From the NCBI GenBank assembly GCA_004022145.1, contig RCNU01000001.1: DNA of 64,000 bases. One strand, written 5' to 3'. Both the position numbers and the translations under genes were made by a program. Positions 12,425 to 26,743 of the stretch are shown here, one piece after another (the stretch's first letter is position 1; every line of letters starts with the position of its first letter). This DNA is from Paecilomyces variotii (lineage: Eukaryota). The notes below the pieces were generated by a model. That model was not told the DNA's origin. It ran no database searches and saw only the letters and a program-made list of their open reading frames with translations.

Positions 12425-12894
12425 TCACAACTCTCTCAAAACCCTATTAACATCATCCCTCGCCTTTCGCAACCCCTCATCCACCATCCCCGGCTGCTGA
12501 CCGCGCACATGCTTCATCTTAACGTTATAATGCAAATCAATCAGATCCTTTGCTCTTTGCAGATCAGGGTTTTGGTTCTCTTCTGACTTTGCCCTGCTCT
12601 CTGCATTGTCACCGTTCTTGTGGACGGTCACTAGTGCCATTGCTTCGTTGTGGCCCTGGACATGGAATGGTGATTGGTTAGATTGAGTTCGGGTGTTTTA
12701 TTATTTAATTGATTAGTTTTTGTTTGGGGGAGGAGGGATGGGATAATGTGACCTGATTTGATGTTGTGCTAGATCATCATTTATCGATTTGGATTATAGT
12801 GTAGAAAAAGGGAATACGATAGAATTAGGGGGTTAGGGAGACGTACGCATGCTCGTAGAGATGTGAGATCGGATAGGATCTCGGCGATTTGCAT
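12425..12894 (-). CDS. Small two-exon hypothetical protein (about 92 aa)
   Basis: Exon 1 (12894-12847) reads MQIAEILSDLTSLRAC. A GTACGT...CTAAC...CCAG intron spans 12846-12656. Exon 2 continues in phase 0 as GHNEAMALV...DPDLQRAKDLIDLHYNVK...VLREL*. Confidence 0.8.
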
Positions 12895-13929
12895 CGTTGG
12901 AGTGTAGCTGTGACGTGCACTTGGTCCTTTCCAGCGAAACAATGACCAACGAAGGGTCTACAGGTTCGAGCACGTATCCAGTGATACGTAGTACGGAGTA
13001 GATACACAGGTGCTGTCGAGTGCTCTAGCCTGTCCTAGTTCGGGATCCAATGGGTGGTTCGAGCGCAGGTGGTCCGTAGGCCCGGGACTGAATGCTTCAG
13101 ACCAGTCCAATGGTTGGCTCGAGCGGCGTCCAGTGATAAACAGAAATATTCGACAGCAGAGTTGATATAACCTGGATGGTTCGACGATGTGCTTGATGGA
13201 AAATGAACAATGTCGTTGTCCGCCCTGGGGTTACTTAAGGTTCGAATTGCCTGGGCCATCTCTTGGCGGTGAACTACTTAGTGAGTTAAGCTTCCCCCCG
13301 AACCAACGAGGACCTTAAGGGTATGGGCGATTAACTTTCAACTCTTATCTCTTATTTACTGCTAGTTACGATTTTATCTTTGTTTCTCCCAAGGTATTCC
13401 GGTATGGAAGCTCACGGTCATCAGGTAGAGGCACGGAGGAACACTTAACTGGTTCAGGTCGTAGTTCATCAACATGGGGCTTTCCTACGCAATACCAGCA
13501 GTGGCAGCACGTCATACCATCCAGGATGGTGTCAGCCAGAAAGAATATGAGGCAATATAAGCAATATAATGCTGTTCATTCCATCGATATGAGGATACTC
13601 GTTGAGTGGCGTACGGGACGCAAAGCAGCCAGGGTGCCTTTCCTCACACAAAAATGCAAGAAACGAATCATAAAGTATGTACACAGATTCCGTCCCATGT
13701 AACAGAGAAACGATTATGACTTAGTAACATAACAGTGTGTTCAGGATGCGGAGCCCACTATCGGTCGATGCAATCCAAAAGGAAGAAAGGTATAACCAAG
13801 AGACTCGACGCTTGCAATAACGACAAAAGAAGAGGTATCATATCGTGTGAACTCATGGAACAACCCGGATGCTCATAAAAAAAAGGAAAAAAAAAAAACA
13901 TAAACGGACATGCAGTTCGTAAAGCGACC

Positions 13930-16191
13930 TCATACGTACGAATCATGCATATCGTCCTCGTCCGATACAGAGGTTGCTGGAGATGCTAGGCCCGAAACGA
14001 CGGATGCGGAGCCCCCACGATCCCCGTCGAGAGCAGCCTGTGCATCGGACATAGTCCCATCACGCTGGGAATTACGGTGTTGGATGGCCGTCTTGGCGGA
14101 GTTGGCCATCAGCTCCTCAATACCGGGCTTCTCAGGGACGTTCTTGACTAAGCCCCGTGCGACATCGAGGCTCTCCACGGCAAAGTGCAGGAACCCTGCA
14201 TTCTTGCTGCTAACACTCAATGTCCAGCGGTATTCGGCAAGTCTGGTGCTGTAAAATTCCGCTTCCTCCTTCGTGGGAGCGGTGACCTCGAGGAGAACGC
14301 CAAAAGATCCGATGAGGGCGAAGTTGGTTCGAGAAGCCGCAGGCCAAAACGATTTGAAGTGTGCCGGTCGAAGACGGTTGACAAAATCCATCGCGGAGAT
14401 GAGTCGTGTCTTCGCGGCGGAACGGCAGATGTGTGAAAGATATGGATCGGCAGTCTCTGGCTTCAGAGAGCGCACGATGCAACGATGCAGTGTGATCTCC
14501 GTGGCAAAGTACGCCAGATGCAATGCGCCATTACAGGCTGCTTCTTCGGAAATGGTGTCAGTGAGACCAAGGCTCGAGTCCATTTTCAGCGGCGAGGGAA
14601 GACGCGAGAACCACTCCTTCAGACGGATTTGCACCGGCTTAGCCCTCTCCAGAATAATCCGTGTCTGGTTGATGCCCGAGGCGTTAAAGATCTCGGTGGC
14701 TCTGAGAGTGTAGAAGCTATCGAGGATATCGGAGAGGATAGAGGTGAGTACCACGAACTGGCAGAAGAGGAGAGGACCGTGACCAACAGCAGACCCGTCT
14801 TCCCGCTTCACTGCCGGAAAGGCGTCCAAGAAGTCCTGCTCCGTCAGATCCTTAACCGTCCAGTTTGCGGAGAAGATGTGGGATGGCCGGCCGTGAACCA
14901 AGGATGACCACTTATCCTGCAGGTACAGAGCCCAGGCTAGTCGCTTCCTCAGCCCCTTCTCCCTCTCTTCCATCTTCCAGTTGGAGCAATCCTGGTGTAG
15001 ACCAAGCTCGAACGCCGCATTTACCAGCTGAGCGTTCAGCGAAGAAGTATTAAGATTCGACCTCTGCATCAGGAGTAGACCGGCTTGCATGGTGGCAGTG
15101 TTCGCACGGGGGAGGGCTTCGTTGAGTAGTTTCATCGCGGTGCTTTCGAGACGATTGGCGTCCGGTCGTCGTGCCGGCTGTGAACCTGACCCCAGATCCA
15201 CAAACTTCAACGCGATCACATAGACTGCAGCCAGCAGGAGAGGGGAGAGGCCCCTTCTGGACCTATATGCTTGGCGGAAGGCGTCCTCGATCAGGATGGG
15301 AAACGTAGGATGTACGCGCTGGAAGTACTTCTCCACCAACGTCGGCCCATACGGAGCAACCATGTTCTCGACCGTGTCGACAGAGACTGAAAGAGAGACA
15401 GCTGACGGCGGGACATCAAGCAGGCGCATAAAGACGCCATCTTCAGCGAACTTCCGCACCCGCGAGGTGGCCAGCAGCGTCTCATCGTTCTGGTCCAGGG
15501 GAAGATGCTCCAAGAGAGCAGGCTCGAGTTCCGTGGTCATACCGATATGTTGGTTCGACTGATAGGATGGCCTCGGGGACGCTAAGGAGGCTGCACTCGA
15601 ATGTGGTCGTGGCATCTCGGCGCTAGATGTCGGGCGGTCCTTTGATGATCTATACAGTACCATTAGCTTGCCTGATGGCGATACTCTGCCGGACGGGCTC
15701 CCATGCGACCGGGGAATGATGATGTTGGATCATCCTCCGGGGTCAGTTCCCGCAAGAGGCGTGCCATACCTCTTGGTTGATTCCTGGTCGATCGCAGTCG
15801 TCTCGTCCAGCTTCCTCTTTCTCGATTGGGCTTCTCCGGCGGCGGTACTGCTGGTGATGCTGCTGCTGGACAAGGTGAAGGTGCAGTCCTGACGGTGGAA
15901 CTCGCATGAGTAGCATTTGTTGACCATTTCGTTCATGGCGCATCGGCTCTTTCTTCGAAGACAGGCGTCACAACTGGCCCCATCCCGACTCGGACCGCGA
16001 GAGATGCTGCTGAGGGACGTCAAGGCGGTAATGGTAGAGGCGGAATCGGAGGCTGAGGACGAGGCCGAACTCATCTGCTGGGCACGATGTCGGAAGAGAT
16101 CACGGCTCTGCTGAAGAGAGGTGGGCGAAGTGTCCACCGGGCCAGCAGCAGGGCCGGCTGAGGTCGGTTGAATAGTGATGACCGTGGCCAT
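13930..16191 (-). CDS. tamA: Zn2Cys6 transcription factor of the Dal81/TamA family
   Basis: Zinc cluster CDACLRRKSRCAMNEMVNKCYSCEFHRQDC and one intron (about 15768-15650). The Fungal_trans region (LGLHQDCSNW...RKRLAWALYLQDKWSSLVHGRPSHI) and C-terminal 'CRSAAKTRLISAMDFVNRLRPAH' are Dal81/TamA-like. Exact orthology is not verified. Confidence 0.8.
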
Positions 16192-16477
16192 GGCGGCGCC
16201 CCCAGGATGTTGATATGGGGGAACGATAGGAGGGATTGACGATAGGGAGATCCGACGGGCGATTATGTCACGTATCGAGTGTGCGTGAATCACCTTCCCG
16301 GTATAGCACTTGGTTATCCGGGGTTATCGAACTGGAGCCAGATGGGCCAATGGATCCGAGACGGTTTTGCTCTGGACTGATATCAAGACTGAACCCCGTG
16401 CAGCTTATCACCGGGGATGCAGAGCGATCTCGCGCCCAGATAACGAACCCTGCTGGGGCGGAACGGAGGGTTTGTTA

Positions 16478-16503
16478 ATTGATTGATTGATTGATTGATT
16501 GAT
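16478..16503. repeat. (ATTG)n tetranucleotide microsatellite
   Basis: attgattgattgattgattgattgat read directly. Confidence 0.85.
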
Positions 16504-18496
16504 GGCTGATTATTATTGATGGAAACGATAAATGGAAACCAACGGTTTTTCTCTTATCCGATTATTATTCACGGTCTTGGGGAACCTGCTAGGCCTAGTG
16601 ATTGCAGCAGGATGAGATGTCGGTGGGATCTCTCCGTCATTCCTGGTCCTCCTTGGCGGAGCGGACACGCGACCGTTCTTGACGCTATTCACTCTTTGTC
16701 CTTGAAGGCAATATAATTCAGTCGTGTTCGCTCGATTCCTTCCTCCCTGGAGAGAGAAGAGGCAGAAAGAAAGAGAGAAAAAGAAGAGGCTCGTCCTCTG
16801 CTCCTGACGCCTCCAACGCTTCCGTCTACAACGATAATATACCGTCGATTAATAACAGAATCCATGACTTCTTCCGGGTCTCTCCATACGATCATCTCGT
16901 CCGCTGGTTTCCAAACGTAACAGATTCCGCCCTCGCCGCCAGTCCTGAGCATTCCGACTTCAGGAACGAGATAAGCCACGCCCGCCTGATTGGATTTCCG
17001 GCCTGGAGCCTCCCGGCCGCGCGGGTCGACGTTTAGTATTACGTACAGCGAAATCTGCCTCCGGACTGCGGCTTGTTGGGCGACAGTCGCCGCGGTGCTC
17101 TCTCGGAATGCTCTTTCTCGTGCGAAAATGCGAGATATACTCATCGGGATCTCTGTGCGAGCGATGGACATGCCCTCCTGCTATATCTCCTGGCCGCCTT
17201 GACCCTCGAAGGGAGCAGAACAGAGGGCATCTTGAAGGTCGATAAATGGCCGTCCAATCAGAGACAAGCGATAAGCTGTTCTCGCAGCCAATCATATAGC
17301 GTCGATCCGTCCGAATGCGGCATAGCGTACCGCACGTGTCCCGATCTCCAGCCGGCAGTTCGTTTTCCCCGCTCCGGCGTCGAGCGTCTGGGGTCAATCC
17401 CCAATATCTTCGCCCTCATTGGCCGGGGTCGCTCCCAGTTCACCGCCCTGGCGATGATCGCTGTGGAGTTCTCCAGAACTGCTGGCCTTCGCTTCTCCTC
17501 GTCGGGCAACTGGCCGTGTGAGTATTATTATGATTATTATGATTATTATTATATTATTATTACTGTCGCCCAATGTAGATTAACTGCATGATTGACCGTG
17601 CTGACAGAGCTAAAAAAAACCCGAAGGGATCTTTCACATGCCAGCTGGAAATCCCCCACCCTCATGACGCAGTCAGAAAAAAGTAAAAAAGTATAAAAAA
17701 AGAAGAAAAGAAAAAGAAAAGAAAGAATATAATCGCATGAAGTTGACAGGTTCAGGTGCAACTTTCAACTATGACTACCTGATCTGTTATTTGTATTGGT
17801 TCGAACCCCATCCAGATCACTGTCTCGTCCCTCTGTATGTGAGAGTATGAAGATGCCACTGTGAAACTGGTTGATGGAAATACATATGTGGAGAGATAAT
17901 TTTCCACAAGAAGCACTTTCTAGAGCTCCACAGTAGGACTGAAGTTTCAAAGACGCACGGGCGATACGAAAATACATACAGAATTACAGATGGTGGGATC
18001 TTGAGGGCGTCCCAGCTCACGCCACTGGTTGGCCGGAGCTTACTCTGATACGGGGTAAATTGCCTCGATTGCTGATTGATTATTATATCCACCCTTCATC
18101 TAGGATACAGATGCAGTCCACAGCGTTGATACAAGCCACTTTTATCCAGAGGAAGACCTTTGAACGAACGCTCAAGGCAGCAAACACATGCCAATATGCC
18201 AGCTGCGATGTTCGAGATCATCCAGCAATGCTACATACGTAACTCAAAGCAAGTGCCGCGCCTGCGCCCTTACGGCGACATCTGTCTTCGACATGACACT
18301 TGATATTGCATCAAAAGGGAATATGTAGTAGAATACACTGCGATAAACAGGATCATAATGCATGGTATCTGACCTCCATTCATTTTGATCTTTCTTTCTT
18401 TTCATTCATTTTTTCCACCCAAGAAACACCTGAACTCCATGCTATGTATGCTTTTCTTTAAAAGCTGCCAAAACCTCATCTACAGAATTATTCCCC

Positions 18497-19164
18497 CTAC
18501 TCAACAAAGTTTCTCAACTTCGTCAGCTCATCCAACAACTCCTGCAACTCGTTATCGGTGATCTTGTTCTGGAGACTGGGAATGAGCGACTTGGCTTCTT
18601 CCGCGTTGTCGCAGCACAGACTTCCTATAGTTACCCCATATCATTAGCTCAGCTGTTCTTCATATATATATATATATCATACCCAAATCCGACCCCGTAA
18701 GAGCCTGGCCTCAACAGGTAATATAATATACGAGAACATACCCAACTGCGACCGCTCAAACATCTCCAACTCCGTATGCGAGTTCAGCAAACGCTCCACG
18801 GCCTTGATGTTCTCTTCATCCTTGAATCGCGAAAACACTTCTAGATAATCCAGCGTCTTCGTAAGATTCCTATCCAGAAGAAAGCAACATAATTAGCAAA
18901 AAATAGTTCCCCACCAAACAAGAAAAAACCCCAAAGCCAACACGACACAATGTGATGTGATGGAACCACTTACTCCGGCTCATCATACTTCTTCCCACCC
19001 CTCCTCTTATTCTCCAACACCTTATTAATAACCAGTCTCGCTTCCGACAGCGACAACGTATGCGTGTTCTGGTCCGCACCGAGTTTCAGCGTCGACGCAG
19101 CTTCCAGCTCGCCTTGCGGAACGACACGCTTGCGGTGCGTAGGAGGGGGGAGGTTGACGCTCAT
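18497..19164 (-). CDS. rpb4: RNA polymerase II subunit Rpb4, 3 exons
   Basis: MSVNLPPPTHRKR...ELEAASTLKLG...LSLSEARLVINKVL|NLTKTLDYLEVFSRFKDEENIKAVERLL...LEMFERSQL|GSLCCDNAEEAKSLIPSLQNKITDNELQELLDELTKLRNFVE*. Confidence 0.95.
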
Positions 19165-19806
19165 TTTGGGGTGGATATTATTCCGATCTCCTTTTTCTTT
19201 TGAACGATGGACGAACGAACGACTGATGGTCTGCGCTGAAGATTAAAGGCGGGGTTTTTCGCGCGAGAGAAGATGCGTGTTTGGGATATAGCTGCCGGAT
19301 TATTAATACCAGGTGGACTCGATGAACAGGCGCGTGAGTAGATTCGAGTCGAGTCGAGTTGAGTTGAGTTGCGACTTTCTCGAAGAGAGTTGGAGGCGGC
19401 GATTCGGAGATGGCGCGATGTTTCGAGGTTCCGCCTCCGAGAGGCTCTGAGGAAGGTTTGGGGGTTGGAGTCTCGGTCTTGGCAGGGCCCGTCCAACCGG
19501 GACGACAGATGATGATCTAGATATCAATCTACTTCAATGCAAGTAGGTGCCAGGAGCATCGTTGGTAATAATGCTGGAGATGTGATTTTATCTCAAATAA
19601 AAAAAAAAAGATGACATATAGAAATAAATTCCGAATACATGATCCAGTGGACCAATATTCTACACAACCATTTACAAGGGTATCAAACTCGACTTTTATT
19701 TTTGTCTTCCGCATATACAATAGTATGCCTGGAATATGCTAAATGCACCGCAACGCCCCCGGTATATGCAATTCGCATGTACGTTTATTGTGCATGCTGT
19801 TTTTTT

Positions 19807-21412
19807 CTATACCTTCTTAAACGCGACCTCCTTGGGCAGACGGAAGCTGGCGCAGAACATCTGCTTGTTTGGACTGACTAGACGAACGTTATGGATCGCT
19901 AGTTCCACGTCTTGGTTGCCAGATCCGCCAACCTTGTCGTCCGGAGTGATGGTGTAGCCGATCCGCTCAGAGATCCGCTTGCAGATGTCGATATGGTCGT
20001 CGAGCTCGTTGTCCGAGTTGCCTGAGAAGCAGTAGACGTGGACCATGGGCAGCGAACGCGATGTGTGAGGAGAAAACTGATCCTCATGACCTGCGTAGAC
20101 GCCCACAAATGCATCCAGAAATTCAATAGCTGTGGCAGGTAGGTTCATCACGTAGTGGTCGAAAGTCGTAGGTCGGACATATTCGACCGGCTCGGGAGCA
20201 GGCGCAGCACCCTTGCCATCCTCGGTCTTCTTTTGTCGTTTCGCCTTAGGCTCAACAGTGACCGTCACCGGTCCCTCTGCGAGAAGATCCTTTGCGGACT
20301 TCTGGATGAATTCCCGGCCGTCCAAGTTGAACGGCGTCACAAACTTGTCCACTTTGTTCCTTTTAACGGCATCGACCATAACCTCGTAGCCGTGCGGGTT
20401 GAGGTCGTTCGCCCAGACGAATATCTTCTTCTTGCCTGCTGGAACTGCAAATGGCCCAACTCCCGCCATCACGTCGCAGACCATATCCCCTTCCCGGAAC
20501 TTATCCACCAGCCTTCGGTGCTCCGTTTCCAGACGGCTGTTCCAGTAGACCCGAGCATAGTCGAAATGAAACTCGCAGTCCTGCTCGTGGACAACGACAT
20601 TTAGGTCGTTGTCGCCCGCCAGTAATTCAAATGGGAAGGTGCGGAAGACGCTATGAGATCCGACATCCTCCGTTTTGTTAATCACCGTGCGCACCGACTT
20701 GTTCTTATCCTTCAGAATCTCCGCGATCAGATGCTTGTGAGGAAGATATTGTTCGCGTAGATTCAGGTGCGCTAAACAGTCAGCATATCTTCGAAACTCC
20801 CAACAAAATCAACAACACGCAACTTACCAACATGTCCAACCTGCGTGTATCCAACCGGGATCTCTCCTAGATCGTCTTCGGGAAGCACAGATTGAATTAT
20901 ATCAGCTAGTCAAGTTAGCGCATGGAAACGGATATAAAGCGACCACTTGTTCCTACAGTAAGTCCAGTAATCATAATCCAGTTCCAAGTCATAAGGTCCC
21001 AAGCCTACTGTTCCCTTCTCGAGCAGCTGATTTATCGTCGGAGACCACGTCGCAGGATCTGCCAGGCTATCTATCAGTCTACCTAACCCACCAAATCCAG
21101 CGGGGGCAGAAGATCCTCACCATCATGCTTAACTCCCTCCCGTAGCAAAACACACTTCTTCTGATCGGCATTATCCCCTTGCGCAACACGAATCGGATTC
21201 AGTCGCGGCACCGCAAGAAGGTCACGACTGCGCAACAGCTCGTTCCGGACCCGGGAAATATCTGACGTCTTGAGGACGGTCGCAGCAGAGATGGGAATTG
21301 TTTTTCGAAAGAAAGACCGGTCAAGCACGCGCATGGCGCGGTTCACGGGGGGTCGAAACATCGCGGAGAGTTCGCTCTCGTGAGGTTTGGACGGGTCAGC
21401 GCGCGAGTCCAT
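19807..21412 (-). CDS. trm5: tRNA (guanine-37-N1)-methyltransferase Trm5, 4 exons
   Basis: MFRPPVNRAMRVLDRSFF, IPVGYTQVGHVAHLNLRE, VYWNSRLETEH, VCDVMAGVGPFAVPA, ANDLNP, HYVMNLPATAIEFL and VRLVSPNKQMFCASF. Confidence 0.95.
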
Positions 21413-21966
21413 TTGACGGGCCAGAAAGTCGCTCTAGGATTATGCGGTGAGGATGAATCTAGACCGGAAACGGTACCAGTTCATAGAGAGAAATTCTGGG
21501 GCTTTCCTGTTAGTAGTTTTCGAGATCTGCTGCTATTATTGAGGGGTCATTAAGCGCTTCTCTTCCGATGCGGAATAATTACTTTTTAGATCTTTTGGAC
21601 CCACGTGACATTGTCACGATAAGATAAGGATTGTTCTTGTTCAACCTAAATATCAAAGTTGTTTCCGATTGCCGCCATGTATAGACGCATATGTAGTTTA
21701 GTAGACATTTCTCCTTATTTTATATATACATGAGAGAGATATGATTATTGGAATAGCGTACTTTTGCACTGGATAAAACAATCCAGCACCTGATGACACT
21801 CGGGAGTACTGTATCAAACTGAAACCATAACAGGCAGAAGAAATTATAAACAAAGAACAATAGAAAAAAATTCGCCAATACTTACACTGTCATCTGCAAG
21901 GGTATCTAGGCTGAATCCAAAACGCTGCCAAAAAAAAAGTCTACTGGTTCAAGAACAGTGGACGTA

Positions 21967-23043
21967 TCATTCCGGTTGCTGTTTCAAACCGGCAACTGCA
22001 CTTCTGTTCATCTCTCTTTCAGCCTCCAAGCCTGAAATCCTCTCATTTAGCTGCTTGATCTGTTCGTCCTTCTTCTTAAGCGCAAGCCGCGATATTTCTC
22101 TGCCTCGAATAATGCCTCGTGTCCTCAGATCATGCCTATTCAGCAATTCAACCAGGGCCTCCTTTGCCTTCCGTGGCATCACCACATCATGGCTATCAAG
22201 GATTGCGAGTGTGGTCGTGGCTAGTTCGGAAACATCAGGATTGTTGTCTGTAGATAGGACATTGGTATATCTGCTAGGCGTGGGCGTCGCGGATATCTCC
22301 ATCGACGATGGCGGAACGCTACCTAGCTGGGACGGGGCTTGTGATTGCGGCGTCGCAAGATGAGTATCCTGAGCGAAGGAAGTAAACGGATCGGAGTATG
22401 CATTGCTGCTGGCGCTTGCTGTCTCTGATAACTTCTTCTTCCCAGGCGATGTGAAGAGCGCCGTTCGTGGTGTCTTCCGCGGCGTTTCAGGAGAGAACTT
22501 GGGCTGAGCCGGCCGATCCAGCATGCCCTGAACCTCGTCATCAAGACCCTCATCCCAGCTAAAATATTCATCGTCCGAGATTTCTCTCGACTTTCGAACC
22601 TTGGATGGCGTTCCTAGATTTGTCCGGGGCGCATCATGTCTCCTCCACGCGGATGCCGGGGTGAGCAGACCTCCGCTCTTATTGACTGTCTTGGATGGTG
22701 TCTGAGGAGTCTGATCCGGCTCCGATACCGAATGCGACAAGCTAAGCTTGTCTTCGCGGACCTTCGCATCGTCGTCCCACAGGAAGAAGTTGCAACGTTC
22801 ACCCTGAGGTTTCTGGCATGTATAGACTAACATTCGAGTCAGTATGATTAAAACAATACCCCGTGGACTTATGCTCTACATACACCATCGCCCGTGGTTG
22901 GGGCCTTGGTTTTTCGTCTGGAAATGAGCTGCGAAGAGTCGCGGCTCGCAGTTGCAGTGCCATTCGCCTTCGATAAACCGGCCACGCAAGGGCGCCACCA
23001 CACGAGGCGAACGAGGAGTGATACTACCCCTGTTGCGAAACAT
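21967..23043 (-). CDS. GRF-type zinc finger protein with a C-terminal coiled coil, 2 exons
   Basis: Exon 1 reads MFRNRG...GEWHCNCEPRLFAAHFQTKNQGPNHGRW, then a GTATGT intron, then YTCQKPQGERCNFFLWDD. Together these give the zf-GRF pattern. Confidence 0.85.
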
Positions 23044-24319
23044 CGTGTCGAATACTCGTCATGTTATATTTCATTTCACGGCGGTAAATAATTACCAGAG
23101 AGCAGATGGATGGATGCGCAGTAGAGAAAGTCGTAGAGTCCCACCGGTTGTCGCATCCGTCACTATGGAAACTCGGGTGGCGGCTTTAGCAAGTCCCACT
23201 GCGGAGAGACGATCCAGTGCTTTCTTTGCAACCTAGAAGATACATATCCTAGAAGATGATGCGACGATTGATCTAAGACAAACCACGAGACTTACCCAGG
23301 AATTATCTCCTTGAAGAGCATACCTTGACTCTGTGCAATGTTTCTCCAGCCTGAGCATAGGTGGATATCGTTGCAGTAGATAGCTACTGCGTACCACCGC
23401 TGTATATCGCTATCGGAGCTGAATGCACCCAAACAGAAACAAACATGGGGGAAGATACAACTGTAGGATTCCCATCTACCAGAATTCCCATGGAAGAAGA
23501 AAAAGAAAAGAACATTATTCCAATTTGACCCGACAATCCAATTGGCAATGCCTCGGATGGCTTGAAAGCTGCAATGAGGGGTAAATACTTAACGAGCCGT
23601 TAGTTAGTTCCGTGCACCGTTATCTATCTACACGACGTTCAATCCACCAATTGAGACGATCTCTGTCCGAAACTCTTGATACACTCTCTGGCCAGCCCCG
23701 AATCTCCAGCTGATAGTAGTGCTTGTGGCCAACGAGGCCATCTCATTCATTGAGTTGTCTGAGGTCGCTACTGATGATGGATGGATCCCTTGAGCGTCGT
23801 TATCAGGAGGCTTCTTGGGTATTCAGTTTAACCCTATCTATGAAACACATTATCAAGAATAAGAAAACACGCATCCATTTCTTGGCCTAATACCTGTCCC
23901 ATACCAGAAGAGGATTATCGATCGGCCAAGTTAAAATGGGCACTAGCACACGCACTCAGATCGGCCAACTGGCAACCAACCTGCTATTCAAGCTCATCGC
24001 CGACCATCCATTGGAGGCTTCAAGTCCGTCAAAAATCTAGTTAAGCTCACCCACCTGGAGGCGGTCTTAGCCGACGTTGGAGAGAGCTGCAGCTCCCGCT
24101 GAATGCTAAACGAGGGGAGACCGGGGTCAAGTCGAAGGGAGTCCAGACTATTAGATGGGCAAAGCCGACGATAATCTACGCACGTCCGCCTTATATGCAG
24201 TTCAGAGACCCTGGATCGATCGACACGACCATTCTTCCTTCACTGTCTTGTTCGGTCTAATATCTCTCTCTTGACTGTGCCTTGCTGGCGACGTGATCGC
24301 GCATAGTCAGTCCGGCATC

Positions 24320-26743
24320 ATGGTCAACTGGAAGGAAGTAAAGAACAAGTTGACTGTGTATGTTATATCCCATGTTGAATAAACACCTCATTATCAGAGA
24401 TATGTGCATGGCTAATAATAAATCCCAGCCCAATCGATGAGGACAGTTACTATGAAAACACCACTTGGTGTAATAGGGATCTGATCCCCATCCCGCCGGA
24501 GCGTCGTACCTGGGGAATATGGGGATATTTCGGTTCGTCACGCGGTGAAATCGTGAATATTTGTGAAATACCAGCTAATGCAGTCCATTTTTTTCAGGAT
24601 ACTGGACCGTTTCAGGTTCTTGTATTTCTGCATGGTCGACAGGCAGCACATTACTGGCCTTCGGTCTAAGTCCACGACAAGCAATAGGATGTGCGGTATG
24701 TGTGAAGCCCTTCGTATGTACAATAATACAACTGGGATAACTGATAGAACCTCAAAGGCGGCTGGTGGTGTCATCACCGGTCTTTTGGCTGTTGCTTGTG
24801 GATGGATGGGCGAGAAACACCATATCGGATTTACGGTCGCATCGAGGTTCTCCTGGGGCATGCGCGGGTCTTATTGTAGGTTTCTCCTGCGGTCATCACA
24901 TCCAGGATCATCTCTGACGGTCACAGTTCCGGTTATAATCCGAATATTCGTTGCCTGCATGTGGTTTGGGATGCAATCCTACTGGTATTGTTCACATCCG
25001 GTACCCAGCGTTAAAATAGAAGTCTAACAGCACAACTAGGGGAGGACAAGCTACAAGAGTGCTCATAGGCGCCATCATCCCAGGTATGATATTTCAGGAT
25101 GATTCGATACTATATTTGAGATGAAGTATTAGTACTAACTTTACATCAAGGGTTCGCACACATGAAGAACTTCTTCGCTGAAAGCTCCCACATCCTGACC
25201 AAGGACTTCATCGGAATGGTCATCTGGTACGCAGCATTCATCCCGTTGGTTTTGATCCCACCGGAACGTCTGCAGATACCATTTGCCATTTCGTTCGTCC
25301 TATTTGCCGCGTCATGTCTTGGTATCCTTATCTGGTAAGTCATTCTGCGCAAACCGACTAACTAACTATAATCGAATGTACGACTGACATCTATCCTCTC
25401 AAACAGGGCAGTAGTAAATGCCCACGGCCCCGGAGAGATGTTCAACCATACTCCAACCACGATCCCCGTCGGCTGGGGCGTCATGTACGGTATCACGGCG
25501 ATCATGGGCGCCTGGGGTGCCGGAACACTGGGCCAGTCCGACTGGACCCGTTATGCCAATCGACGTCTCGCACCGACACTGTCTCAACTTGTCGCGGCTC
25601 CTATAACCATCACGGTGACAGCAGTTATTGGAATCGTCGTCACGAGCGCAGCAAAAGATATACTAGGCGGAGATGTCGTCTGGAATCCAATCTATCTGTT
25701 GGCGGATATCCAAGAATATTATCACTCGAGCCCCAGATCGAGAGCAGGCGTTTTCTTTGCATCAGTGGGCATGGTCTCGACTCAACTATCGGTGAGGAAT
25801 CCCTTTTACCCGAAAAAGAATATCATAAAGTGTGGAACACTAACTCGACAACATCGAATCCCTAGATCTCCGTTGTTCTAAACTCCGTCTCCACGGGAAT
25901 GGACATGGCCGGTCTATGTCCAAAATACATCAATATCGTCCGCGGTAGCTACATCATGGCAGCCATAGGAATCCTCACTCAGTACGTCATGACCTATTCT
26001 TCTTCCCTCTAACCTTCCAAAAGAACAAGAACAAACACTAACAAATCGACGATACACATAGACCATGGCAACTTCTATCCACAGCAACAAAGTTCCTCTC
26101 CGTCCTCTCTGGCTTCGGTGTATTCATGGCTCCATTAACGTAAGCAATCAAACTCCTCTTTCTCTCTCTCTCTAGCATCATCATACTCATAAAGATAAAT
26201 AAAATAAACTAACCACATCTTCACCCCCCCATCCAGAGGCGTCCTCCTAGCAGATTACCATCTTGTTCGTCGTCACAAGCTCAAGCTCAAGGACCTCTAC
26301 ACTGGTAACCCTTCCTCCATATACTGGTACAATCGCGGCTTTAATTGGCGCGGTCCTGTCGCTTTCGTCGCTGGCATGTGGCCATTACTTCGTAGGTGGC
26401 CTCCCTATTAAATATATACACACACATTACTGTCGAACTATATTCTAACATGTTGTTAACAGCCGGCCTCGCTGGATCCGTGAATAATTGGACAACACCC
26501 TCTTTCGCCGGCTGGATCAAGCTCTATAATCTCACATTCATAGTTGGGATCGCGATGAGTTTCACCGTCATGACTGCTACATGCTACATTTTCCCTCCTC
26601 CTGGTTTAGGTGTCGATGAGCCGTTCCTTGTAGTTGATGGATTCGAAGAGTCTACTGGTATTGAGCCTAAGTCGCCTTCGTTGGCTGGTTCGGTGGTTGG
26701 TGGGGTGGAGAAACATGCGAAGAGTGTGGAGATGCAGGTTTGA
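24320..26743 (+). CDS. NCS1 family nucleobase/allantoin permease (Fur/Dal4-like), about 12 exons
   Basis: Spliced motifs WCNRDLIPIPPERRTW, HIGFTVASRFSWGMRGSYFP, WFGMQSYWGGQA, QSDWTRYA, DMAGLCPKYINIVRG, PWQLLSTA, ADYHLVR and YWYNRGFNWRG. Eleven GT-AG introns traced. Confidence 0.9.

Noticed and set aside
12656-12846. C/D snoRNA in the 191-nt intron (ATGATGA box C on the - strand)
   Set aside because: There is no downstream CTGA box D or terminal stem.
21413-21484. Upstream ATG giving Trm5 a mitochondrial presequence
   Set aside because: The frame from ATG 21484 hits TAA after 14 codons, and the one candidate intron I tested also yields a stop.
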